Shown: one piece after another, positions 1-14,549 of the stretch | How the letters are laid out: every line of letters starts with the position of its first letter | How positions within the stretch are numbered: position 1 is the stretch's first letter | Source: Octopus sinensis | Taxonomy: Eukaryota | Reading direction: 5' to 3' | Assembly: GCF_006345805.1 (NCBI RefSeq) | Contig: NC_042999.1 | Coordinates: 69,440,001-69,504,000, forward strand | DNA: 64,000 nt | The notes under the pieces: model-generated | Told to the model about the DNA's origin: nothing | Seen by the model: only the letters and a program-made list of their open reading frames with translations | Databases searched by the model: none | Translations under genes and position numbers: made by a program

Positions 1-101
1 CGGATCCGTGGAATAAGCTGCCGGACGAGATAGTGAAGATGCCGACGACCGCTCGGTTCAAAGTCTCTCTTGACCAGAAATGGCCTGAACTCTTTGCATG
101 A
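1..101 (+). mobile_element. 3' end of a CR1/L2-like LINE ORF2 (fragment cut by the window edge)
   Basis: Frame 3 reads DPWNKLPDEIVKMPTTARFKVSLDQKWPELFA*, resembling the typical WNxLP..V....FK..LD C-terminus of CR1-group ORF2. Confidence 0.65.
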
Positions 102-186
102 ACACCCTCCCTGTACATAACTCCATGCCCCCCTACATGGCCTTGCTTTTTGCTTTTTGAGCCAAAAAAATTAACTTAACTCAACT

Positions 187-277
<91 letters not shown>

Positions 278-394
278 CTGGCCAAAAATTTGGAAAGAAA
301 AATGGAATTTCAACCAGAATACAACAGAGAGAGAATACTGTACTAACACTAACAGTAAAACATACAAAATTGATAAGAGACAATTTTCGCTATA

Positions 395-1125
395 GTAACA
401 GGCAAACTGCAGAGCCTGAAGGCTCCTGGAAGGGACCTAATAGTTGGATATTGGTATAAGAAGCTGACATTTTATAGAAACTAATTGATATGTATGTTCA
501 AAAGGACTATGGAAGGTCAGACTGGCTTGCTACAGCAAGGACAAATCTTGTTGCCAAAAATGAAATCACCGAGATGGCAGGAGACTACAGGCCCGTTGGT
601 TGCCTAAACATTATGTACAAACTACACAAGTTACCTCAACCAATTCCTCCAGGACCATTGTGAGTCGAACAATATTGTGACTGAAGAACAAGCTGGTGGA
701 AAGAAGGGAGTGTGGAGTTGTGTCAAACAGCTTTTAATAAACGAAGCTATATTGTCTGAAGTAAGAAAACAGCGTAGAAACCGTGTTACAATATGACTTG
801 ACTATAAGAAGGCATTCGACTCTATCCCTCATTCATGGTTGTTGGAGTGCTTACACCTGGCAAAGGTATCCACCACTCTAATTGCTGCTATAGGGAGACT
901 CACAAATGCATGGACAACTATTCTTACCATTACAATTGCGAACAGAATAATTGTGTCTAATAGTATAGGCATTACAAAGGGGATATTCCAGGGAGATAGT
1001 CTTTCTGTACTTCTTTTCATTTTGGCACTGAATCTATTATCGTTCCTACTGCAGAAAACAAATGGTTACATGCTAGAATCTTCAACTGCTAGAAATATCA
1101 ATGTAATTCATAATTTCTTTGAAGA
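395..1125 (+). pseudogene. Degraded R4/Dong-like non-LTR reverse transcriptase
   Basis: Broken frames give KAPGRDLIVGYWYKKL, DYRPVGCLNIMYKL, EEQAGGKKGVW, LDYKKAFDSIPHSWL and GIFQGDSLSVLLFILALNLLS, with stops and frameshifts. Confidence 0.8.
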
Positions 1126-1498
1126 CTGGGATTTTCAGAAAGAGAAATTGACCAGTTAGTTCGTACATTACAAGTGCAATCTGTGAGTGAAACTGTAAAA
1201 GTATGCAAGACTTTTCTCACGTTCCAAATGTGAATTTGGTTGTGTTAACTACATCCCAAAGATGGAGCCTTGTATCTTTGTTGGAAACCCGCTCCCTCTT
1301 CGATGGAAGATCTATAATAATTAAAAATTGAAGAGAGACATACATCCAAGCACACAAATTAATCTATATTCCTAAGTACATTTATATACATATATCCATA
1401 AAATAATAAAGACAGCTTATCAATGAGTTATGAATAAGTAATTGTGTACCATGTTCTCCGATAGAACTTTCTTGACAACCTTATAGATAAAAAAAAAA

Positions 1499-2119
1499 CA
1501 TTGATTAAAGAACAAACATCAAATTCGAGTCAACGACTTTATGTAACACCACGCTTCCATACATTTGATCAAATAATTAAATTGGTTCTGCAGCCGTTAT
1601 GCAACTCTTGTGAACGACTAATTGTTGAGATTCCTGTTCATCCTGATGAGGGGGTCATCGCTGAGATGCACCGTAATCGGAACGCGGCAGTAAACTCCCG
1701 AAGTGGTTATAGATGTGCTTTGACTTGATTTTGTAGAATTCTCTAACGCTCCTTGGACTTCAACCTCCATGGTTTTTTATGAAACGAATTTTTTGACATA
1801 TTTTTAATTGAGGGAAGTAAAAACTTTTTTTAGTCGATTGATATTTTAAAAATATTTTTTAAAAGTTTTTTGCTCACCTGACACGCTTTAGTAATTCATT
1901 TTGATTATTTTTAGTTCGTTGTATATACACCGCCTTGAGAGGCTGTTCTATATATTTGTATTTTTATTTGCATATATATATTTTACCTTCTGTATTTTTT
2001 ATATATGTATTCTTTATATGTTAAAGGCCATGGTAGTATTTATATATGATCAAATGCATGGAGGCGTGGTGTTATATAAAGTCGTTGACTCGAATTTCAT
2101 GTTTGTTCTCTAATCAATG
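1499..2119 (+). mobile_element. Non-autonomous element with about 73-bp inverted termini and a degenerate hammerhead (probably PLE-derived)
   Basis: 1499-1571 is the reverse complement of 2047-2119 with a few mismatches. Internal motif CATC-CTGATGA-GGGGGT...ACTCCC-GAAG-TGGTTATA-GATG at 1639-1715. The right end abuts (TA)n. Confidence 0.55.
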
Positions 2120-2177
<58 letters not shown>

Positions 2178-2607
2178 AATAATAAATCTCCCAGCGAAGT
2201 ATAAACAGTAGCTGCTACTGTTTATACCTCGCTCAGAGATTTATTATTGCTTGTCTACACTTTTTCGATATCAGTAACTTTTCGTCACTGGAAAAAGGAT
2301 TTATATTTGCAAGAGGAGGCCTACTTTTCATCGACACCCGATGATTGTCACATGCTGATGACGGGTCAATACCCAGAAACTCGAGTCTGTGTGTATCATA
2401 GGTTGAAGACGAGAAGGATGGCTTCCCTTTGCAAATACTGATAGGGCACAGAAAGTATGTCAATAGCCAGCTGGAGGAGGTGTCCTCCTGGGGCTACAAG
2501 CTACAGTAACATCCACCCTTATGGGGTTAGCCACATTTAAGTGGCAAATATACTTCACGATATACACAACCACACACACACACACACACACATTATATAT
2601 ATATATA

Positions 2608-2649
<42 letters not shown>

Positions 2650-2655
<6 letters not shown>

Positions 2656-2875
2656 ATCCAAACAAAGAAGAACAAATAAGAAAAGACAATAACGAGAGGA
2701 CGTGGTACAAGTACTGTATTATCAGACGCTCAGGGAAGGAAGTGAAGAAGATTTAACGTTTCGAGCCATGCTCTTCTTCAGAAATAGAGGAAAGTCCAAA
2801 GGAAGGGAAGACGGAGGAAGAAAATCGCCAACGATACACACGCGGTTACGTTTTGAATTGACCGGATGTATATAA
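2650..2875 (-). mobile_element. Penelope-like terminal repeat (pLTR) fragment
   Basis: Carries a hammerhead motif and ends at a (TA)n tract. Layout resembles the fragments at 3222, 18934 and 58700. Confidence 0.6.
2751..2785 (-). ncRNA. Minimal type I hammerhead ribozyme
   Basis: Minus strand reads ATTT-CTGAAGA-A-GAGC-ATG-GCTC-GAAA-CGT-T-AAAT: core intact, 4-bp stems I and II, palindromic ACGT helix III. Confidence 0.7.
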
Positions 2876-3066
2876 ATAAATAGACATACAAAGACAAAAA
2901 CAACTTGTTTCAATTCTACGAGAGATATGCAGTAACAGTACCAAATAGTAAAGTTTATTTGCCAACATGTGGCAACGACAATATTACTGTCTTTTAGCCC
3001 CAGAAAAACATCTTTTCCAGTTGGCTGCCGATACACAGTTTATGCTCGTATCTATCTATCTATCTA

Positions 3067-3116
<50 letters not shown>

Positions 3117-3117
3117 A

Positions 3118-3217
<100 letters not shown>

Positions 3218-3221
3218 ATAT

Positions 3222-3390
3222 AGGGAGAGTTTACGAAAAAAACAAAAGACGAAGACAGGTGGTGTACAAAACAAACAAATGTATTAGTTATAACGCTCAG
3301 GAATAGAAAAAGTATTTTACGTTTCGAGTCTACGCTCTTCTACAGAAAGGGACACAGAAAAAACAAGGAGAGAAAAAAATGTGTGTAGTG
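3222..3390 (-). mobile_element. PLE terminal fragment with hammerhead-like motif (CTGTAGA core variant at 3314-3349)
   Basis: Minus strand reads CTTT-CTGTAGA-A-GAGCGTAGACTC-GAAACGTA-AAAT. The element end abuts a TA/TATG microsatellite. Homologous to 58700-58855 and 18934-19100. Confidence 0.6.
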
Positions 3391-3659
3391 GCTAAGATAC
3401 GACAAAAAGAAATACCAGAAAATACAGGAAAGTTTAGAAAGTATAAAAATAAAGTAATGATAATAATAACAGTTTTACGTAAAGTTCAAAGGTTTTTAGA
3501 CGTCGTGGTGTATTGCAAGGATTTCTCATCAAGAGTAGAGTCCACAGTGATCCGAAGGTAGGAGAGGTGCAGCCGGAGAAGTTCGTGTGTGGTAAGAAAT
3601 TACAGGATCAACATGCGCGACCACATGAGTGTATGAGATACATATATATATATATATAT

Positions 3660-3690
<31 letters not shown>

Positions 3691-5509
3691 ATACATATAC
3701 ACACGTGCATAGAGTATATAAATGTATGCATTTTAATTTGTGTATGTGTGCGCCTGTGTACACGTGTCTGTGCGCGTACGTATGTGTGTGTGTGTGTGCA
3801 TACATTTGTGGGTGTGTATAAGCTCGACCGTCGTTCTAACAGTTCTACAAATTCGCTGCCTTAAAATGTTTCCATCATTTCTTCATTCGATAAGCGTGTA
3901 AAGTGGTTGGGTATTCCACATGCGTGTTACATATAAACCTCGAGTAGAATCATCATGCCACAATGTGCATCAAGGCTGGATCACTTATACAATTCGTATA
4001 ATGGGCTTCCTCACAGTTTCCCTCGGCCCAATTTCACTCTCCACCTTTGCGTCGACTTAAGATTATGATAAATGGCATTTTCTCAACAAACCATGTCACA
4101 TAATAGGATCGAAACCGATGCCTAGTGATTGTAAGTCGGACTTCTTAAGTATTTGGCCGTTATGATTTCAAATCCTGTCTAGCTATCCGTTGCCTTTCCT
4201 CATTTCAGGGTCGATAAAAAAAAGTACCTGTCTAAGATGATAGGTCGGCAGAACCGCTACAGCTTCCAGCAAAATATTTTGTAGTCTTAAATATTTGTTC
4301 TGATTCTTTAAGTTGTGACGGCAAAGCCTTTCAGCGATGCTGATCCCGTGTTTTATTTTCTCAAATCTCCCACATTGACACATGACATTATGTTGTTAAA
4401 TAGACAGTATTGGCTTGTTTACTGGGGACAACTTCTGGGTGAAAACGAAAGTACCAGCGGAATCGATGCACCAAATGTTAAAGTGTACTTCGTTTACAAC
4501 TTTCGCAATCAATTTGTACTGCAAGCACTACTTGTGGTGCATACGAATGGTGGTATAACTAAAAATGGGCCGGAAAGCTAGAATCCTTCCAAGATAAAAG
4601 CTTATTTCTTCAACCTAGTATTCGACAAATAAGCGAGGCTGGCGTGATCCTCCAGGATCCCCTTTGTATATACACAAATATGTGTGAGCACCCAAAGGTG
4701 CGCGTATGCATACCTAGGCGTAAGATTCGATCCACATACACATATTTAACCACTCTTATATCCAGACGTACAAACAGGTGTGCAAGTATATACACGTACC
4801 TATGAGGAGAACAAAAAAGAAGGAAGTAAGGAGAGAAAAAGTTATATTCACTGCATGGGAACGCGAGTATGTACGTATACTATGACGTAGACCAACGGTC
4901 AGCAGTATCAGCGCCAACTACCCGCTAAGAATTCAACTATTTACTCTTATTTCCCCCCCTCTTTCTTCCCCCTCTCCTTTTCTTCATTCCTATCAAGCTT
5001 ATACGACTCCCACTCACACATATTTGACCTCACCCTTCTCTTTCTTCATCACCGTTTCATTTCTTCAAACCTGTTTTTTTTTTCAATTCTGTTCTTGCGG
5101 CTTCACCACTCCTTTCGACTCACATCTACGGTGGGTTACCTTGGGAATCCCAAACGACAATGTAACCAGCCTGATGATTAGCGAAGTTGGGCGACCCCTC
5201 CCCTTCGTTGAGTAAATATTAGATCAGATGATCAGCTAAGAAACATGTGTAGCCTGAATTTTACTCGTTCCACTCCTTCAATTTGTACTTTTATTCGCAT
5301 TCGTAGTAACTCTAATTTTTATCCGTGAGCTATACAGAAACTTTCAGCTTATCGAATTTCCTCGTAACTGCGATATGGAACCTTCGACGCCAATAAATTG
5401 TTATTGTTCCTGATCGTGCACTGTCCACATTTTGTTTTCTATACCTGCCAATGACTACTTGAAACTTACAAACTTCCTACACTTGGATCCCTGGATATAT
5501 GGATATATA

Positions 5510-5777
5510 TATATTTCCGACCAGATCATCAGATGTTGCTACACATCGCTGGTCACAATGCGTTCGTATTGTTTTAGCCTTCGAACGACGCCACCCCGCT
5601 GGCTAAGCGAGCAGGCCAACAGAAGAAAGAGTGGTGAAAGAGTACAGCAGGGATCACCACGCCCTGCCGGAGCCTCGTGGAGCTTTTAGGTGTTTTCGGT
5701 CAATAAACACACACAACGCCCAGTCTGGGAATCGAAACCGCGATCCTCCGACCGCGAGTCCGTTGCCCTAACCACTT
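5510..5777 (-). mobile_element. tRNA-derived SINE
   Basis: Minus-strand head AGTGGTTAGGGC...GTTTCGATTCCC has A-box and B-box-like motifs. The body is homologous to 57545-57845. Confidence 0.7.
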
Positions 5778-5778
5778 A

Positions 5779-5825
<47 letters not shown>

Positions 5826-5841
5826 TATATATATATATATG

Positions 5842-5873
<32 letters not shown>

Positions 5874-6043
5874 ATATATATATGTATATATATATATGTA
5901 TATATTATATATATATGTATATATATGTATATATATAATATATATGTATATATAATATATGTATATATATATATGTATATATATTGTATATATATATATA
6001 TATGTATATATATATGTATATTATATATATGTATATATATATG

Positions 6044-6092
<49 letters not shown>

Positions 6093-6131
6093 TATATGTA
6101 TATATATATGTATATATATATATATATATAG

Positions 6132-6162
<31 letters not shown>

Positions 6163-6180
6163 TGTATATATATATATATA
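5777..6180. repeat. Long compound (TA)n/(TATG)n microsatellite, representative of dozens in the window
   Basis: Visible directly. Similar tracts at about 186-272, 3045-3220, 6812-6922, 24797-25048 and 51825-52050. These explain the IY/CV-repeat pseudo-ORFs. Confidence 0.98.
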
Positions 6181-6360
6181 ATTAGGGCTTAGTAAAATAA
6201 ATTACTTTGCCACATACTGAACCGTATTTTAGTAATTTATTTTACTAAGCCCTAATTATATAATGTAATATTTTGAATTCGCCTTAAATGGTCCTTTTAC
6301 ATACTGAACACTACTTGGTGAAATTGATTAATAACTAATTAATTTTACCCTCAATTGTTG

Positions 6361-6395
<35 letters not shown>

Positions 6396-6503
6396 TATAT
6401 ATATACATCAACAATTGAGGGTAAAATTAATTAGTTATTAATCAATTTCACCAAGTAGTGTTCAGTATGTAAAAGGACCATTTAAGGCGAATTCAAAATA
6501 TTA
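6177..6503. repeat. Nested inverted fragments of one AT-rich repeat around (TA)n
   Basis: 6266-6362 and 6404-6503 are near-perfect reverse complements flanking a TA tract. 6181-6206 and 6231-6256 are also inverted. Confidence 0.85.
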
Positions 6504-6504
6504 T

Positions 6505-7287
<783 letters not shown>

Positions 7288-8083
7288 TATATGTATGTAT
7301 GTATGTATGTATTCATGTTGTGTGTGTGTCTGTGTCTGTATTCGACGGTCCTTCGCATAGTTTCCGTCTACCGTATTTAGTGACAAGGCTTTGGTCGACC
7401 CGGAGCTATAGTAGCAGACATTTACCCAAGGTGGCAGGCAGTGGGACTGAACACGGAACCACGTGGTTACTAAGCAAGCTTTTTAACCACTCGGCTATAC
7501 CAGTGCTTATACATATAAAATAATTATGCGTCACAGGCTAGAGATATTTGTAATACATATAATATAACTTAGCTTTCTTCACTCGAAATTTGTATGAATT
7601 CCATACAAAAGCCGGAAATTAAACAAAGCATTTTGATATGAAAGACTCTATAAGTCCTACTTTAAGGCTAAGAGAGTATTCTTGTGCATTGAAACATGAG
7701 GATTCACCAACGAAAGATCTTATCTGTATCATTAGATCTCATTTGTGTTCTAAAAAATAGCTTTATTTCCGTGTTTTATGAGAAAATAGCTTAACTCACC
7801 CGTTGTTTTATATTTATCTTCTTTAGTTTCACACACCATTGATAGAATATCTTTTTTATCTTGTATCTTTTACATGTTTCAGTCATTAGATTGCGGCCAC
7901 GCTGGGGCACCGCCTTGAATTTTAAGTCGAATAAATCGATCCCAGTACTTATGTTTTGAGCCTGGTCTCTTTTGCTAAACCGCTAGCTTACGTCAACACA
8001 CTAAAACTGGTCGTCAATCGGGGTGGGGATAAGATATACAAACACACAATTTGTGTGTGTACACACACACACACACACACACA

Positions 8084-8126
<43 letters not shown>

Positions 8127-9984
8127 ATATAATAAAACAGAGTTTGTTTGTGTGTCTGTATGTTCTTTATGGATTCGAAAACTGATATGCCGATTTTCAC
8201 GTATGAGGTGCCAAAAGATTCAGTAATCTTACGGCTACCAAATAAACTGTTTTTTGCACAACAACTCTATTTTACAAGAATAACCTCGGAAATGATGTCG
8301 GGTCGCAAAGTTTTGAGGTTTTTAGCTAAGGGAGGCAAATCTGCCTGAACAATCTTAAAATACATCGATTCTTACCCGAGAATTAAACTTCGAAGATATA
8401 CCATCAACTTTATTAGTATTATTAGTAGATAATCTTTTAATGTGAAGTATGTTTGTCTGCGTTTTGTTTAGCCCAGAGTTACCTCTGATGTAGCAGACCC
8501 ATCGGATAGTTTCTTTTTCTCCCTGAAATACTGTATCTTTTGATGAAAGGGTGCTTTAAGAGAAATTTGGCTGCTATTTGTAGTAGCTCAAGTTACCACA
8601 GAGACACCAGTGTGCGTCCGTGTGTGTGTACGTGCGTGTTTTGTTGTGGTGAAAAAATACTTTTGCTCAAAACATTTTGCACAATAATTCTTAAAGAAAT
8701 CTGGACATCTTTCTTACTGCTAACCATTCAACTTCAAATTACAATTGTTAATTGTTGGAAGTCAAGTAGACTGAGATGTACATATAGTGTTATCATATAG
8801 AGTGGAAGTTCAATACGAAGTTTTGAACTCATTATCTTGTGGTTAATAACCCATTATCTTAAATTTGAAGCAATCAAATCTTCAAACATTATTTTACTGG
8901 ATTTAATCTTTCTACTGATGGAGTATCACCTTCAAAAATTTAATTGATCGTAATGACCTCACTACGTATTTCAATCTGGCATTTATTTTATAGATCTCTG
9001 CTTGATGAACTGCTAACTTTGAGACATAGTGGGACACAATACTCGATTTAACAACAAATGTAAACACACACATATGTGCAAGAATGACTGTGTGGTTGAG
9101 AAGTTTGCTCTCCAACCACGTGGTTTTACGTTCAATCCCTCTGCATGGTACCTTGGGCAAGTGTTTTCTACTATAGCCCTAGGCCAATTACAGGCTTGTG
9201 ACTGAATTTGGTAGACGGAAACTGCAGCATTGTTCCTCAAAAGATTACCGAAAAACATGTTTATAAAGAGTTGTTTGCTTCATACCCCTTGTATACCGAT
9301 TCTGTCTGTAAGAAAGGAACAAATAATACAATGTCGCTGTAGATCATAACACTCGGGCAACGCCGGGATGCATTGCTAGTATGCGTGTGTGTGTGTGTGT
9401 GTGTGTGTGTGGTTTGTATGTACGTATGTATGTATGTATATATGTATGTATTTATGTATGTGTATATGTATATATAGAATATATAATGAGTTTTTATCGA
9501 CTGACTTAAAGTAATAGATATGTACTGTAAGTGCTCAATTGGGTTTAACCACTAAAACTCGAGTTTGAACTGCAGTTGAAAGTGTGGAGTTGAGACTGTA
9601 TATCAGAGGCGGCTAGAAGTGGTTTTCCCTTGAGTAGGTAGATATAGATTAATGTAAAAACGAAAATTCAAAATGTTTGGCAACGCTTGAAAAAAATATT
9701 TAATTCAGTTAAAGAATATAAACATACAGAGTCCCTTACAGCTGTTTCTATCATAGCCAAGCATGTGGAACATCGTATTGGGTAAGGATTCCATAAGTTG
9801 AATAATCTGAGTATTCCGTCATCAGAGAGGGAGGAGTCAGAGAGATGCAAATAAGAGGGAATATCCCCAACCGAAGATATTAGTATACTCCAGTTTGTTA
9901 GAAGGATCAGAGTAAAATAGGTGGTTCCATGGTCGAATAAATAATACATTTATGGGTAATGTCTGTTAGCAGTTTCAAATGAGA

Positions 9985-9990
9985 ATCATT

Positions 9991-10025
<35 letters not shown>

Positions 10026-10375
10026 TTAATGTTCGTTGTCCTGCTGCCATGGGTTGGACTGTTTGATCAGGGCTGGCAAGCTGGAAGGCTGCACCAGGCA
10101 CAAGTCTGTTTTGGTAGGGCTTCTACGACTGGATGCCCTTCCCAACGCCAACCATTCCGTGTAAATGGTGTTTTTACGTACTACCGGCACGGGTGCCAGT
10201 TACGTGACACCAGTATCTGTCTAAGCACGACATAATGCCAAAGGTCTCGATCATCTGTTATTGCCTCCGTGAGGCCCAACGCTCGAAAAGAGCTTTTTAT
10301 GTGCCCCCGGCACAGGTGCCAGTTACGCGACAGCGGCAATGGTCACATTGCCTCCGTGAGACCCAACACTCAAGA
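9985..10375 (-). mobile_element. Repeat with (CAT)n/(ATG)n tail, probably an RTE-tail SINE or LINE 3' end
   Basis: The block CATCATCATTTAA..CCATG..TGGGTTGGA..GGCTGGATGCCCTTCC recurs at about 14100-14290, 46000-46330, 54055-54230, 54860-55050, 57180-57420, 59145-59310, 59930-60062 and 63110-63230. Confidence 0.6.
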
Positions 10376-11402
10376 ATGGCAAGGAATTGTGGAAGTTACC
10401 TGTTCCATTTTTGAAAAGAGAATGAATTGGGATTGAATAGGAATATTATACTACAAGTGCGGAGAGAAGATGGACAGGTAGATTGTATGTTTATATTCCT
10501 ATCTAAATTAAATGTTTTTACACTAATCTATATCACACACACACACACACACACACTAGCTGAATATCACGTCGTCACCGAGTAATTTTCACAATAGAAT
10601 GCCTTGGCGTACTTTTCGAATAAGTTGGTTTTTCTCTGTTTTGACGGGGATCTTTCAAATTTTTTTCCCACTACACCCTTGTAAATGATGGTGGGGGAAA
10701 GCTTTTTATGAAAAGAATTCTTGAAAATTTATGAATTCCCCCTTTCCTCACTCCCTTCATGTCTGATTTTGTCCATTTTTTTTTACATTACGCACTCAAA
10801 AACAATGGTAGATGCCTTTTCTGTAAAGAAGAAAAAAAATTTGGAAAATTTATGAATTCGTTCAACCTCCTCCCAGACTCGGTACCGACTGTAGCCAGTT
10901 TATTTTCGTATTTTGTACTTAAAAACGACTAGAGAAGACTTGAAGGTTAAAAATAGTTTTGGGAAATTGGAGATCACTATTACAATCTCCATTTCCTTTA
11001 TTTTCAAACTAAAAATGAAACGTAATTTAAAAACAATAATGAAATCATTTTGGAGTTTTTTTCATTAATCCCGTCCCTAAATAAATCCGAAAATTTCGGC
11101 TTTTTTCGAAATTGTTTTAAAAGTACAAACAGTCCGATCAGCAATTCGTTTCTGTGTCTAATTTCAAAATACTTTTCAGACGGAAAGGTGTGTGATTTGA
11201 GGGAGATTTTGCTGTTGTTTCCAGCACATCCCACGACCACCTGGCACCTTCCTCGTTTCTTTGTCACATTGACATGTATTGAAGTTTTTCAATATTTTTC
11301 TCCCCCATAAACATATTTTATGTAATGATGGTCCGTTGATGGGATCTAAGCAACAACAAAAAGTTTGCAGTTTAAATGTTTAGCCCTCACCCTACATCAA
11401 GC

Positions 11403-11441
<39 letters not shown>

Positions 11442-11683
11442 GTGTGTGTGTGTGTGTGTGTGTAAGAAAAACCATATTTACTAACAGAAAAGTATGCTAT
11501 TAAACTAAATTATCTTTGACATATCTTTTTTTGAATCACTCTACCACCCTAATGAAATTCTTTGCACACATGCATACACACATACTGACAAACACACGCA
11601 CACACTCAGTATGAGCGAAACACTTTTATAGAGAGTGTGAGAAACATCAAATGTTAGGGTTTACATATAATGAAATGAGAATA

Positions 11684-11723
<40 letters not shown>

Positions 11724-13219
11724 TCTGTAGAAAGTATACACAGTATACAATAAGACAAAGAAGGGCAGCATACATATATACTATACAATAATAAAAATAG
11801 GAAGGGGTGATAGTGATGTGGCCCTCCTGACACAGGAGGAAATAACGATAACGATGATGATGATGATGATTTTGGTACAGAGCCACTAGTTTTTGAGGGG
11901 TAGAAGAAGTCGATTCCATCGATTGCAGTACTTGATTGATACTGTTTCATCAACCATGGTAAGATGAAAGGCAAAGCTGACCTCGGTAAGATTTGGACTA
12001 AGAGCGTTAAGGAGCTTGAAGAAATCTAGTTAAGCATTTTGTCTTATAAAACTATAAAACTAATGGTGTTGAACTGTAAACGTTATGCGTCACCAAACTA
12101 GCTAGAAACTATTTCGAGACATTTATATATCTGAATAAATATTAATTTTAGCAAAACCTGAATCATGTTTCTGCGAACGATTTAGCATTGTACATATGTC
12201 CAGCTAGTCGCGTCATGAGGCGGAAGTGAATAATTTATGCGGATTTAATATGTAAGCGGAAGTCAAGTTATAATGTATTAAAATTTGATGAAACTTCATA
12301 GGTACTCGATTCACCTATATTCTTTGGCAGTTGATTCGCTAGAACGCATCAACAAACACTGCAATAACTATTTTTAAAGCTGTAAATACAAATAGTCTTC
12401 AAAATATATTACGGAAATAGATTCTGAAAGGAAAAGCTATGATAAACCATGAATTAACGAAAGCGGAGTTTTGTAGCTAAAACATTAAATCTGCAAAACA
12501 CAATTAATTGTCCTACAATTTCATCTTATATAATGTTCTTTCTGAATTGTTGACCTCCTTGTTCTTTGATTCAAGAATTTCTTCCCTATTACAACGACAT
12601 TCTGTGGATTTAAAGACTGCATCATGTATATTCCCAGCCCTAAGACCCACAAGAGAAAGTGCTGCCGAAAAGTTCCCTGGTCTTCCCTCTCGCCATTCTC
12701 TCTCAACGTAAAAAAAGCCCTTCCCATGCATGTTTTTACCTGCATTGGGAAGGGCTTTTTTTTTTAGATTAGTAGATAAGCATTTTATACAAGGTCATAG
12801 TTAGAGGAAAATATTCAAAGGACATGATTTAAGAGCCTTGTATATCTGTGCGCTTTGTATGAAAAACGTATCAATGAGTACCCTAAGGCCTCGGGCAAAC
12901 GTAAGACACTCGTGTAAAGTTTACAGTGACAATTCAGTAAATGGCCAATGCAGTGCAGAAGACGTGAACAACGAAGCAGAAGTGGTGTTGTCTAACAACA
13001 ATGATACACATAAAAAAGTAACGGTGCAACTGAGAGATCCTTTAAGACAAGACTAAATAATCACGTCTCCTCTTTTAGAATCAAAATGAGGTGCAATGTT
13101 ACAACGTTAGCCAGTTATATATAAATCAACTGAAAATTGCTAGAACGATCTGGACAACGCATTGTAAAATTTGTTTGGTGAAAAAGAGAATCGTTGTAAG
13201 AATATTTACACCATCCGGG

Positions 13220-14070
13220 TGCTTTCCTGCACTCAAAAAGCAAAATATTTGGATGTTGTACTCATGAGCAAAAATTTGTACGACGTCCACAGATGGCTGC
13301 AGGTTGTTTACTGAGATTATACCATTGACAAAAGCAAAGGTACACAAATGGATGAAGAAGTTTAAAGGGGAAACCAACACTGAAGACAAACTATGCGGTG
13401 GGAGCCCATCAACTACAACCACTGACACGAATCTCCAATGAATGGACGAATTGATTTGTGCAGACAGACGACTCACAATCTGTGAGTTTCTGGCATAACT
13501 GAGCTGTGGTCAGAATGAATTGATGAAGATGATGGAAGATTTTGGGTATAAAAAAAAGTGTGTAAAGTGGGTTCCTTGGTAGTCGACACCCAGTTTGAAG
13601 AACAAAAGCATAGAAAACTGTTTTGATCTGCTGGAAACGTATGAACCTAATGAACATTTTTTTCTTATCTTGTAGCAGAAACTTTATGATCTGGGGGCGA
13701 AAGGTCACTTTAAGAAAAGCCATCATACCTCTTCTCTAAGGTTTAAAATGTTCAAAAGCTCACGAATGGCGCAAAAAATCAAGAGGACTGTTTCAAGGGT
13801 GATAACGGTGTCATTTTCCTTGGTTTTCTGGATGTACCGCGACCAGTGGCAGCTACATATAAATATTAAAAATGCTTAGAGTGGAAGAGACTGAAAAAGA
13901 ATATAGAAACGATCCATAGTCACTAAAACAGTCCATGACCATTTTGCAAACAAGGCTGACCAACGGTCCTCCAGCCACTGTACAGCCCAAATCTGACGCC
14001 CACCAATTTGTACCTGTTTGGTTCAATGAAAGACAGTGTTGAGGGGGATCAACGATTTGACACTGTCACG
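13220..14070 (+). pseudogene. Degraded mariner (Tc1/mariner) transposase
   Basis: Broken frames give YDVHRWLQVVY, KVHKWMKKFK, ICADRRLTI, KKCVKWVP and LYSPNLTPTNLYLFGSMK (WVPxxL and YSPDLAP motifs). Confidence 0.8.
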
Positions 14071-14549
14071 TTCCGTGCCACATAAAAGCACACGTGTTGG
14101 TGCCACATACAAAGCATTCAGTACAATCTGTGAAGTGGTTGGCGTTAGGAAGAGCATCCAGCAGTAGAAATTATGCCAAAACAATGGAACTTGGTGCGGC
14201 TCTTGGCCGTATCAGCTCCTGAAAAACGGTCTAACCCATGCCAGCATGGAAAACGGATGTTAAATGATGATGATGAGGAGGATGATATGAAGACGTGCAC
14301 ATCCCTTCATATGTCATTGAGCGTCCCACAACCCGAAGTTATCTCATCTCTCAAACTGCTGCCGGTCTTTTGGGATTCTTGACAAAAGAATCCCTTCTGA
14401 CTTTTCCTCCTTCGACGATTCCATAAGACACCCCTGTCACTCACTTTCTACCCAACTCCACTCTACACACCGTAAATCCCCCTCTAGAAATACCCTTTTC
14501 CACGCTATTAGATTCATCACCATGTACACGTTTAGTTAGTAATCAAAAG

